64,000 nucleotides of DNA, taken from assembly GCA_963693365.1 (NCBI GenBank), contig CAVNZM010000005.1, positions 2,098,342 through 2,162,341 of the forward strand, read 5' to 3'. Positions 20,618 to 29,475 of the stretch are shown piece by piece. The translations under genes and the position numbers were made by a program. Numbering within the stretch: position 1 is the first letter of the stretch; every line of letters starts with the position of its first letter. This stretch comes from Amoebidium appalachense. Taxonomy: Eukaryota > Protista > Ichthyosporea. The notes beneath the pieces are model-generated. The model saw only the letters and a list, made by a program, of their open reading frames with translations, was not told where the DNA came from and did no database searches.

Positions 20618-21370
20618 ATGAACTGGCCGGTGGAAAAGAGGGTGCTGTCCAACCCGGGGGACCTGCAAGCCTTTGTCGACGACCCAACGTGGTTTCATCC
20701 CGCCCAGCCGGGCATTGCGGGTGGGGTCCAGACCCGAGCACTGGGTGTAGTCCGCATCGTCTACCCGCAGCCGCCCGAGCCCACGGACGAATTCGGCAAC
20801 ATTCGCAGGGGCAGAATGTCGGTGCTGACTGCCCCACTCAGGTTTGTGTGCAAGCACACGCACTTCATCGATGCCTGGTATGACCCTCCACGCGTGATGG
20901 ATGATGGCCGCGCGACGGGCTTCTGGGAGTTTGCAATTGATGCGGGGCATGACTGGGTCGATGACAGGCGGCTCATGGTCACGTACAGCGCTGCACTGAA
21001 TGCCTTTCAGTGGATGATGGTCTTTGACCTGGATATCCAGCCGCCGGATTGGGCAGATATCATGCCCTCCTACACGGAGACCCCCACCTTGATCTTCGAG
21101 CGCCCGCTCCCCGGTGCCCCCACACTCGCACAAACAGCGGCCACTGGGCTCATCCGAAACCAGGCCGCCGTCGTGCCTGCCCCGCCCTACACGCGCGACC
21201 GCCTCTGGATCCACAGGAACTTATGGCGCGGGCTGGCGCACGTGCTGCCCGATGAGGCCATCGAGGCCGTGCTGGGCTTCGGCAACACGCTCTACGGGCT
21301 GCTCGGCACCACCCCCGGGGGCAGTGCGTACATGGGCACCACCGAGTGGCCCATCGACTACGGCGACTGA
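20618..21370 (+). CDS. Hypothetical protein (~250 aa)
   Basis: ATG 20618 within ORF 20528..21370; globular W/P-rich composition. Confidence 0.6.
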   Translation: MNWPVEKRVLSNPGDLQAFVDDPTWFHPAQPGIAGGVQTRALGVVRIVYPQPPEPTDEFGNIRRGRMSVLTAPLRFVCKHTHFIDAWYDPPRVMDDGRATGFWEFAIDAGHDWVDDRRLMVTYSAALNAFQWMMVFDLDIQPPDWADIMPSYTETPTLIFERPLPGAPTLAQTAATGLIRNQAAVVPAPPYTRDRLWIHRNLWRGLAHVLPDEAIEAVLGFGNTLYGLLGTTPGGSAYMGTTEWPIDYGD

Positions 21371-21445
21371 GGCCCTGCGCGGTTACGAAATATTGATGTG
21401 TTTCCTCTGTTTGAAGAAACGAAACTTTGAATGTATGTCGGGGGG

Positions 21446-23056
21446 CTACTGTGCTTGCTCCTGGCTGGCTTTCTTGAACACGCTGATGACGAGGTCCCTT
21501 GTCAAGTCGTCCTCCATGTGCTCCCTCGCCATCTCCAGCATGGAAGCAGCAAAAGTCACAAAGTCCACACGGAACAGCTCGCGCTCGACGTTCTTGTGTT
21601 TGAGTGCCGTGTGCAGGCACTTCTCTGCAAGCGCCAGCTGCTCGGACGGCACGGGAAGCGCAAAGAGCAGGCGCTTGTTGGGCCCCACATGCCACGTACC
21701 GGCCTGCTTCATGCGGCCCTTCACGTCCTTCAGGCTCTGGCCGATCTTCAGACAGGGCGGGTCGCCATACTCGGACACAAACACGTAGATACCGGACTGC
21801 TGCTTGGTGCACACGTGGTTGGTGACCCGGCGCAGCTCATCACTGGCATCCTCGAATTCCGATGGAATGTGGTCCTGCTTGAGATTGTCTGTGGTCTGAA
21901 GTTCCAGAAGCCGACACTGCACCTCGAGTTTCAGGCGCTCCTCCCGGATCAGAGCAGCCTGCTCGCGCATCATCATGATCTCCGTGTACTGAGCAGATTC
22001 GGCAATGCGCGCCTCCTTGTACAGACTCAGAGCAGTTTCCATCTCGGCCTGGTTGGTCATGAACTGGGTGATGTCTCCGAGCTTCAGTCTCTTGGGCTCC
22101 CTCTCGGGGGTGCCGGCCGCACCCATTTCCCCCCTCACACTGTCGCGCATGAAAGCGTTGGGTCCTGACGGGTTGGCCGCTGCCGTGGCACGGTTGCGCT
22201 CGATGTCCTCCACGAGAGTTTCGTCTCCACCTTCCAGGCGCGCTATGTCTTGGGCCCACTTGTCGATGATCGCGGAACCATAGCGTGAGCCAGATGCAAT
22301 CTTGAAGGTCAGCTTGACCAATGAAGTTGCAGGAACACCAGGAGATGGTTTTCCCCCATTACCAAAGTGGCAATCGGTCATTTTGACCGATTGCTTGAGG
22401 GATGGGTCTTCGAAGATACGCCGTAGATATCGACCGGCTGCGTCTCTATCCAAACCGCGGACAAGCATGGTATAGTCCACAAGACTCGCCATCTTCACAC
22501 CACCGACCTGACACACTCGAATGACATGGTTGCCTATGCAAATAGTGTCGCCTTTTTTAGCGACGACTTCGTTTCCGGTCAAGACAAGATCGGTGTGTTC
22601 GAGATCCATGTTTTGCGAGACTGAGGTATTGTGATGTGTGTCGGGTCCTTTTATACCCTCTGTCTGACTTCCAGGACTGGAATTTACTTCGTTGGACATC
22701 AGCCGCTTGATATCCAGGCGCGCTATGTCTCGAGCCCACTTGTCGATGATCGCGGAACCATAGCGCGAGCCGGATGCCATCTTGAAGGTCAGTTTCACCA
22801 ACGATGAAGCAGGAACACCAATCGAGGGTCGCTTTGAATCGCCGAACCTCAAAGGCCTCATGTCGAGGCCTTTGATTTCCTCTTCATTCTCATAATGTCG
22901 TCTGACATACTCAGCGGCCGCATGTCTGTCTAAATTGCGCACCAGCATTGCATAATCAACAAGACTGGCGTATTTAACACCTTCGGATTGAGCAACTCGC
23001 ACTACATAGTCACCAATGCAGATGGTGTCGCCTCTTTTGTTCTGCTCGCCAGCCAT
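21446..23056 (-). CDS. Tandem Bro-N-like domains + coiled coil + T5orf172/MUG113 (GIY-YIG-like) domain
   Basis: Two copies of GDTICIG...ASLVDY...LVKLTFKxASGSRYGSAIIDKWAxDIARL. C-terminal SGIYVF...LKIGQS...AEKCLH...RELF. Confidence 0.8.
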   Translation of the reverse strand: MAGEQNKRGDTICIGDYVVRVAQSEGVKYASLVDYAMLVRNLDRHAAAEYVRRHYENEEEIKGLDMRPLRFGDSKRPSIGVPASSLVKLTFKMASGSRYGSAIIDKWARDIARLDIKRLMSNEVNSSPGSQTEGIKGPDTHHNTSVSQNMDLEHTDLVLTGNEVVAKKGDTICIGNHVIRVCQVGGVKMASLVDYTMLVRGLDRDAAGRYLRRIFEDPSLKQSVKMTDCHFGNGGKPSPGVPATSLVKLTFKIASGSRYGSAIIDKWAQDIARLEGGDETLVEDIERNRATAAANPSGPNAFMRDSVRGEMGAAGTPEREPKRLKLGDITQFMTNQAEMETALSLYKEARIAESAQYTEIMMMREQAALIREERLKLEVQCRLLELQTTDNLKQDHIPSEFEDASDELRRVTNHVCTKQQSGIYVFVSEYGDPPCLKIGQSLKDVKGRMKQAGTWHVGPNKRLLFALPVPSEQLALAEKCLHTALKHKNVERELFRVDFVTFAASMLEMAREHMEDDLTRDLVISVFKKASQEQAQ

Positions 23057-23500
23057 CCTGTGTCAGACTGACCCAAGTTGACTGTGTGTGCTCCTTTTAT
23101 ACCTGCGCACACGTTTGACGTTATCCATTCACACTGCTCACACATCGAACTGAGCCGACCAGTGGGCTGGGGGGGGAGGTGCGTACGGCCTCTAAACATT
23201 CGGGGCGTTCTTCCGATGAGCACCCTGCGCGGGGCGTGGGGGGGCTGGGAGGGGCTGGGGGTGGCTGGGGGTGCCTCGTCTGCCTCGCATGCCTCGCATG
23301 CCTCGCGCGCAGAACGGCTGTGTGCGCCGTGTGCCCGTGTGCCCGTGTGCCCGTGTGCCTCGCACGCCTCGCGTGCCTCGCGGGGTGTGTTCGTGCTTCC
23401 TCTATTGTTCCTCGTGTGCCCCCCACAGCCACCCCCAGCCACCCAGGGCCCGGTGGGGGGGGGGATTCTCCTCGTTTGATTTGAGTGGTCGTGTCATTTT

Positions 23501-24478
23501 ATGCATATTATGGAAATGCATGGCGCAGACCTCGCATACACAAAAGTTGTTCAAAAGTACTCGCGTGCGGATGGTCAGAGGGACTTTGCGCGTCTTGTGC
23601 GCTGGACCCCACCACCCCTCCGAAAAGGATCACCAACTACGCAAAGCAGAGTCGGCCTGAAGGCGGCAGACGTCTACCTCGCCAAACACCGCTTCAGGGC
23701 TTCCCGTTACCACAAGGGGGGTACACCCCGTCCCAGTGTCTATGACTGTTTGCGCACCAGGGAGGGTAGAGCAAGCCTGCTCAAGGCACAGGCCAGAAAT
23801 CCAGGCCATCACATCCAAAATGCAGCCTCCATAAACTTTGGCGTGCCTGGTCAGTTCAAGCCTGCTGTTGTCAAGCAGCTCTACTCCACCTACTGTCTCA
23901 AGGGACGCGTCCTCGACCCATGCATGGGGTGGGGCAACCGTCTGCTGGCAGCCCTGGCCAGCCCACACGTCACACACTACTACGGTGTCGACAGCAACGT
24001 CGACATGGCAGGTGCCTACCGGGATCTGCTGGCAGCATACAACACCGCAGGCAAGCGCGGGGCACAAGCGCTCCACGTGGATACAAAGTGGGCCCCGTTC
24101 GAGGCCGCGGCCGTGCACGGCAAGTTCGACTGCGCCTTCACGAGTCCACCATACTACAAAATAGAGTGCTACGCAAACATGCCAGCCTACTGCGACTACG
24201 AAGACTGGTGGGCCAGGTTCTACATCCCCATGCTTGAAAAGGTCGTGGCGCACATGGACGCGGATGGCTTTGTCCTCATCAACATACGCCAGAGCATCAC
24301 CGAAAGGAGGATGTGCAGGCACATGGCAGGCCTGGGCTGGCCCCTGTACACCAAACACCGCATGCCCATAGCCGTCCGGCCCGGCTCAGGGGTTGCTGGT
24401 AGGCTGGACTACGAGCCCATCTACGTGTTCAGGAGAAAGGGTGCCGTGTCAACTCCAGGCCGCCACACGACCAAATAA
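23501..24478 (+). CDS. DNA amino-methyltransferase (SPPY; probably N4-cytosine, possibly N6-adenine)
   Basis: QFKP, motif I VLDPCMGWGNR, YYGVD and motif IV FTSPPYY; intact ORF. Confidence 0.85.
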   Translation: MHIMEMHGADLAYTKVVQKYSRADGQRDFARLVRWTPPPLRKGSPTTQSRVGLKAADVYLAKHRFRASRYHKGGTPRPSVYDCLRTREGRASLLKAQARNPGHHIQNAASINFGVPGQFKPAVVKQLYSTYCLKGRVLDPCMGWGNRLLAALASPHVTHYYGVDSNVDMAGAYRDLLAAYNTAGKRGAQALHVDTKWAPFEAAAVHGKFDCAFTSPPYYKIECYANMPAYCDYEDWWARFYIPMLEKVVAHMDADGFVLINIRQSITERRMCRHMAGLGWPLYTKHRMPIAVRPGSGVAGRLDYEPIYVFRRKGAVSTPGRHTTK

Positions 24479-24678
24479 AGTCGTGATCTCAAGAGAAAAG
24501 CCGCCCTGCGAGGCGCTGGCGCGGCTGGCGGGTACCTTGTGTGGTGTGTGCGTGTGCCCGTGTGCCTCGCCTGCCTCGCGCCGGGTGTGTTCGTGCTTCC
24601 TTTATTGTTCCTCGTGTGCCCCCCACAGCCCCCCACAGCCACCCCCAGCCACCCACGCCCCGGGGAGGTGTCACGCCA

Positions 24679-25092
24679 TCAACGCCCGGACTTCCGAGCC
24701 TCTGGCGCAGCGGCGGGTGCCGTGTGCACGGGTGGGGGGGCACTGTGAGGCCCAACCGGAAACAGCCCGTACCGGATGTCCTCCTCGCACGTCACCATGA
24801 TCTCGTGCTTGTCCATGATCCTCATGGCGTGCGCGATGGTTTCGGCGGGCACGGGCGGGCCGTGGTTGAACAGGTGCACGCGCATCTCCTTGTCGGGGTG
24901 GAAGTGGTGGTTCGCCAGCACGTTCGCCATGGCGGTCTTCCAGTCGGCCAGCTGCTCGACCTGGACGATCTGGTGGTCCGTCAGCACGTCGATGCGCCCG
25001 ACCTTGGTGAGCGTGTCCTCGACGCCTTCCAGCCGGGCGGCCAGCTCGTATACGACCATGTTCCGTGCGAACTCAAGCTCGGTGTCCGTCAT
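24679..25092 (-). CDS. PD-(D/E)XK nuclease-like paralog with altered catalytic motif
   Basis: GRIDVLTDHQIVQVEQLADWK...VHLF; the EVK of the paralogs is replaced by QVE. Confidence 0.65.
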   Translation of the reverse strand: MTDTELEFARNMVVYELAARLEGVEDTLTKVGRIDVLTDHQIVQVEQLADWKTAMANVLANHHFHPDKEMRVHLFNHGPPVPAETIAHAMRIMDKHEIMVTCEEDIRYGLFPVGPHSAPPPVHTAPAAAPEARKSGR

Positions 25093-25545
25093 CACATACC
25101 GCACACATAAAATTCGCGTGCCGCCCCAACCGGGTTACCCATTGACAATCACACATCGCACTTTCGACCTTGTGTGTGCGCCCGACAATGTTGCGGCGCG
25201 TGGGGGGCGGGGGTGGCTGGGCGGGGCTGGGGGTGGCTGGGGGCGCGGGTGCCTCGCGTGCCTCGCGTGCCTCGCGCGCAGAACAGTGTCTGTGGGCGCC
25301 CTGAGTGCTGTGTATGCCCGTGTGTGCGCGTGCGCGGGTGCCGCGCGCGCGGGTGGTTCCTTTATTGGTCCTTGTGTGCCCCCCACAGCCACCCCCAGCC
25401 ACCCAGGGCCCCCGGGGGGAGGGGTGCTCACCCCTCGCATGCCTCACATGCCTCGCATGCCTCGTGTGCCTCGCGTGCCCAGCGCGCCTCGCCCGCCTCG
25501 CGGGGTGGGGTGTGTGTGCGTTTGTGTGTTTCTTCTCGGACAACT

Positions 25546-25850
25546 CTAATTTGCCATGATCTTGCTATATACTATCTTGTGGGCACGGGTGTGTCTGCCA
25601 GGTTTCCCTATAGAGACACGCTCTCCTGCGGGAACAAACGACGACCCGCCCAAAACCCGTGTCAGCACCGTTCCCAGTCTCTTGATCCCCACCTCGCAAT
25701 CGTCCAACATATTTATATCAGCCCATTGTCGCATGCAACCGGATATCCCCGATGTCGTAACCCAGGTCCCATTCTCGATACCAAAGCTGTGTGTTCCGCG
25801 TGCGCCTGTCACTATGTCCTTTAGAAAGTGTATTTCGTTCGACTCCTGTG
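25546..25850 (-). pseudogene. Orphan copy of the helicase C-terminal domain
   Basis: EIHFLKDI...FGIENGTWVT...WADINMLD..VGIKRLG matches the last ~100 aa of 26658..28715; no ATG of its own. Confidence 0.7.
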
Positions 25851-26212
25851 CCCTCTCCGTTGGTTTTGTCCGGGTTGTGGATGTCCCCGTGACACCCCCA
25901 AATTAGCCGCAGAGTGTCGGGCTCCACCGTCACAAATACCCCAAGAGATTCTAAGGTCTCAACGGCAACCCTATAAACCTCGATGGATGCGTAACCAAAC
26001 AGGTGCACACGAGCCTGTCGACCAGGGTAGAAGCGTTGGTACGCCTGCACCTGTCCAAGCGCCGCCTTCCACTGCGCCACACGCTTGACCTCGATGACCT
26101 GCGTGTCCGTGAGTATGTCGATTCGGCCGGCTGGCGTGACCACTTCGCACTTCCCCCCCTCAATCCTGGCTAACCGATCTCTGACCGACGCTTCATCATA
26201 CGATGCCATCAT
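25718..26212 (-). CDS. PD-(D/E)XK restriction-endonuclease-like protein
   Basis: EVVTPAGRIDILTDTQVIEVK...WKAALGQVQAY...RVHLF is an intact ID...ExK motif with QxxxY. Confidence 0.75.
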   Translation of the reverse strand: MMASYDEASVRDRLARIEGGKCEVVTPAGRIDILTDTQVIEVKRVAQWKAALGQVQAYQRFYPGRQARVHLFGYASIEVYRVAVETLESLGVFVTVEPDTLRLIWGCHGDIHNPDKTNGEGTGVERNTLSKGHSDRRTRNTQLWYREWDLGYDIGDIRLHATMG

Positions 26213-26405
26213 AATAGGGTACCAAAAAAACACGACTCATTTTTATATTATAAGCCAGTCCGGGTGTTATGAATCCGATATAACACCAATCACAACAAAA
26301 CCACCGACACACCACCAACCTACCCAAGTTACCACCAACCTACCAACAGTAATCGCGATTTCGATTAGTAGAATTAGACCCAAACGTCGATTTCACTTAT
26401 AAATA

Positions 26406-26520
26406 GTAGGTTGGGTAGGTTCAGTGGGTTGTTTTGGGGTTGAGTCGAGCTGGGGCAAAAACAAACGAACACCAACGATGTGTGTTTGGGGGGACCCCTC
26501 CGAGAACCTACCCAACCTAC
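26406..26520. repeat. Perfect 17-bp inverted repeat with nearby CCAACCTACC direct repeats
   Basis: GTAGGTTGGGTAGGTTC (26406-26422) and GAACCTACCCAACCTAC (26504-26520); CCAACCTACC also at 26315 and 26335. Confidence 0.8.
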
Positions 26521-26657
26521 CGAAGTTACCAAAACCCCCAACAACCAATGAAATACGCCCGTTAAACCAAGAAACCAATCGGATGGCTTTGTTAAAACGT
26601 TTGCGCAAAACCCAAGCTACCACCAAGTGGCCGAAGTTACTGAAAGGAAGCTGGCGA

Positions 26658-28715
26658 TCACTTATGCGAAAGTATCTTCGAGAACGAAACTCGATAAGCA
26701 CGCGATGTCTTTGACACTGCCCCCACTGCCACCGATTCGCGTAGCGGTACATGCAGCGCCTCTCCAAACACCTGTGTCAGCGTCGATCCCAACCTCTTGA
26801 TGCCCACCACCCGCCGACTGTCGAGCATGTTGGCGTCCGCCCACATTCGCATCCGTTCAGCCATGCCAGTGGCTGTTACCCAGCACCCATCCGCGATTCC
26901 GAAGTCTTGTGTTCCGTCAGCTCCTTGGGCGATGTCCCTCAGAAATTGTATTTCTAGCGGCAGACTCTTCTCCATGAGCTGTTGCTTGAGCTTAGTATGG
27001 GGGGGCGGCGGCATTGTCTTAGGGACATCGGGAAGGTCCAGGAAGAAGTGGAACAGAGCCTCCAGCACCTCCGGTTGCCGGTGAAATCTGACGAACTCGT
27101 CGAAGTACCGGAGCTGACCCACCCGAGAGCCGTTTGCCTCGAGACATATGAATCTCCGATCGGATAGCTCCACACGAACGGGCCAATCTTCGTTTGACAG
27201 AAAGACGTAGCGCTCGAAGTTTTTGGTGTAGATGCCATCCACACCCTTCTTCTCCAAAAGGCTGTCTTCTTGTGTGATCAGACTTTTGATAAGGTTGTTG
27301 GCCTCGTGGCACCCACCAAAGACACACTCGTCGATAACAGCTAGTAGTTTGTGGTTGAGGTGGGAGTTGAACTTGCTGGATATGTGTTCCTTGTTCTTCA
27401 CGTAAGCGTAGTATTCCGAGCCTACCAGCGCCTTGAGTACGTCGAAGAACACATTTTTCCCGGTTCCCTGGACTGACTTGACGAGTACCGCCGTCCCAGA
27501 CTTGGTGTCGGGGTGCTGGAAAATCTGGGCAACCCACTTGAGAAGGTATTCAAATACCTCGGCGTTTCCATCGGCAAGCACCTCGAATGCGTGGCGTATG
27601 AACATCTCGATCCCGCCATATTCCCGTACACGGTACTTCTCGAGGAGCTCATCCGGCATGACCACAACCTTCTGGCCAGGATGGTAGGGGGTCATCGGGC
27701 ATTCTGGGCCCATGTAACGGAATCCCTCAGTGTACTTGATGGGGAAGCCGCGAAAGAAGTTATATGTGAACAGGGCTCCTTGGCGGTACTTGGGGTTTAT
27801 CTCTCCTGTCTTGGGATTGGGCGACGCGGGGTCGAAGACTGCTTGCCCATAACGAGGAACGTGGCGTCCCATAAGGAAATCAATGCCGGTGTACGTCCGC
27901 TTGATTTCACCACCCTCACCCTCCATCCACTCAACCACGAAACCCTGCATGGTGCATTTCATGTCCTTCTCGGTCAACGTCTTGAGTGTGTACACGCCCT
28001 TGTCATGGCACCACACCTTCAAGAGGTAGAGGGATGTGCCGTTGATTTTTCCCACCCACTTCTGCAGGTACTCGACGAGCTCAGCTTCCTTCCAGGTGGT
28101 TGGTAGCAGGTCCGGCATGAACTCGTATCCACCCGGAGGGTCGGTCGACTCTTGCTCAAGAACGCGGATCACCTCCTCGATGAGAGTCTGCCGCTTCCGG
28201 TCCTTGTTTGCAACCACGGCGGGGGCGGCTGCTGTACTAGGTGCTGTGCCGAATGTGGTCGTATGGGGCCCCTGGGTCCAACGCGTCGCGGTCGTCCAGT
28301 CGAGAATCGGGTTCATTACTACCCTGTTGGCCAAAGGAAATTTCTCCTTGGCCCATGACTTGAGCGCAGCTCTGTTAGGCCCGGGAGCTGGGTGGCGGGT
28401 GTTGCACTCGTAGTGTGCGGTCTTGTGGCGCTTGGACTGACGGGTGGTTATTTCGGCATAAACCAGTCCAAACTGTCGCTTGAGGGAATTGTGGAGGTCG
28501 TTGTGATCGAAGGGCTCATTGTCCACCGTAACTTCCCGGGACCCCTGTGGTGCAAAGACTGCGAGGTACCAGTCAGGACAGGCACTGCGGCGCGAGAGCC
28601 CTTGGTTTGCCTGCTTGGGTTGATCTGCACCCTCGCAGCAAACCTCGTATTCGGTCTTCTCCGTATCCTTGCCGTCGCACCGGGCAGTGTTCATGTTTGA
28701 GCGAATGACATCCAT
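26658..28715 (-). CDS. SF3/D5-like replicative helicase (DUF5906/NrS-1-like ATPase region)
   Basis: Walker A SVQGTGKN, Walker B AVIDE, motif C FLSN, and the DRRF arginine finger; ATG 28715 lies behind a TATA box. Confidence 0.85.
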   Translation of the reverse strand: MDVIRSNMNTARCDGKDTEKTEYEVCCEGADQPKQANQGLSRRSACPDWYLAVFAPQGSREVTVDNEPFDHNDLHNSLKRQFGLVYAEITTRQSKRHKTAHYECNTRHPAPGPNRAALKSWAKEKFPLANRVVMNPILDWTTATRWTQGPHTTTFGTAPSTAAAPAVVANKDRKRQTLIEEVIRVLEQESTDPPGGYEFMPDLLPTTWKEAELVEYLQKWVGKINGTSLYLLKVWCHDKGVYTLKTLTEKDMKCTMQGFVVEWMEGEGGEIKRTYTGIDFLMGRHVPRYGQAVFDPASPNPKTGEINPKYRQGALFTYNFFRGFPIKYTEGFRYMGPECPMTPYHPGQKVVVMPDELLEKYRVREYGGIEMFIRHAFEVLADGNAEVFEYLLKWVAQIFQHPDTKSGTAVLVKSVQGTGKNVFFDVLKALVGSEYYAYVKNKEHISSKFNSHLNHKLLAVIDECVFGGCHEANNLIKSLITQEDSLLEKKGVDGIYTKNFERYVFLSNEDWPVRVELSDRRFICLEANGSRVGQLRYFDEFVRFHRQPEVLEALFHFFLDLPDVPKTMPPPPHTKLKQQLMEKSLPLEIQFLRDIAQGADGTQDFGIADGCWVTATGMAERMRMWADANMLDSRRVVGIKRLGSTLTQVFGEALHVPLRESVAVGAVSKTSRAYRVSFSKILSHK

Positions 28716-28770
28716 TGTGGTAGTGAAGGGGATAGATAATATTTGACGGTCTGAGGTCTGGCAAGCGCTT

Positions 28771-29226
28771 TTATACCTTCGGGCTGGGCACAAGACTGGG
28801 GTGTTCAGTCTCGACGTGCCTGTTCAGGGTTGTAGACCAGGCAAATGCAGCCTGGCACTGGTCGAAGGGGCATGTAAAACGCCCGCTTGCGCGCCGGGGC
28901 CGTCTCGGCAGCTGACACCCTTCATGAGCTGTTCTTCGGTGAACCCACAAACCCGCAGGATAGACGTAAGTGGCTGGACAGTCTGGGCATTGATAGGGTC
29001 GGCTGCCAGAGTGTGTGCGCTGGTGCAGTTTCATGTGGTCGCTGCGGGCAAAGCTTGCAAAGCAGCCGGGTTGTGGACAGGCATATGCGCCGGTGCTATT
29101 ATTCTTGTGGGTATTTTCGTGTCTTTTTAGATTTGCCTTGAATGTGAACATTGCTGAACACAGTGTGCAAGCGTGGCGCTTCGGGTTAGGGGGTGTCTCT
29201 ATGGTTGGCGTGTATTGGAGGTCCAT
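28771..29226 (-). CDS. Intronless four-finger C2H2 zinc-finger protein
   Basis: CTLC..HENTH, CPQPGC..HQRTH-SGSRPY, CPDC..HRRTAH, CPFDQC..HVETEH; ATG 29226. Confidence 0.85.
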   Translation of the reverse strand: MDLQYTPTIETPPNPKRHACTLCSAMFTFKANLKRHENTHKNNSTGAYACPQPGCFASFARSDHMKLHQRTHSGSRPYQCPDCPATYVYPAGLWVHRRTAHEGCQLPRRPRRASGRFTCPFDQCQAAFAWSTTLNRHVETEHPSLVPSPKV

Positions 29227-29318
29227 TACTGCTAAGTGGCAAGAAAAGAAACATGATAACGCTTTATATAACCCCTGGTCTTCTTCGTCGGCCACTGATT
29301 TTTTTGTGACCTACAGTG

Positions 29319-29471
29319 ATGGCCACCTACAACGAGGCGTTTGTCAGCGACAAATTGGCACGGATTGAAGGTGGGAAACGCGAAGTGGTGACCCCCGCGG
29401 GCCGCATCGACCTGCTCACAGACACGGACATCATCGAGGTCAAGCGCGCACCGCAGTGGAAGGCCGCACTG
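29319..29471 (+). pseudogene. Truncated third PD-(D/E)XK paralog
   Basis: MATYNEAFVSDKLARIEGGKREVVTPAGRIDLLTDTDIIEVKRAPQWKAAL, then an abrupt switch to repeat DNA. Confidence 0.75.
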
Positions 29472-29475
29472 CGCT

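Larger units (their letters stand above)
23230..25510. repeat. Three dispersed copies of a GC-rich intergenic repeat (23230-23460, 24545-24663, 25200-25510) with inverted arms
   Basis: Shared CCCCACAGCCACCCCCAGCCACCC, TGCCTCGC iterations and TT(C/T)ATTG(T/G)TCC. Complementary GGGGGTGGCTGGGGG arms occur in copies 1 and 3. Confidence 0.85.
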
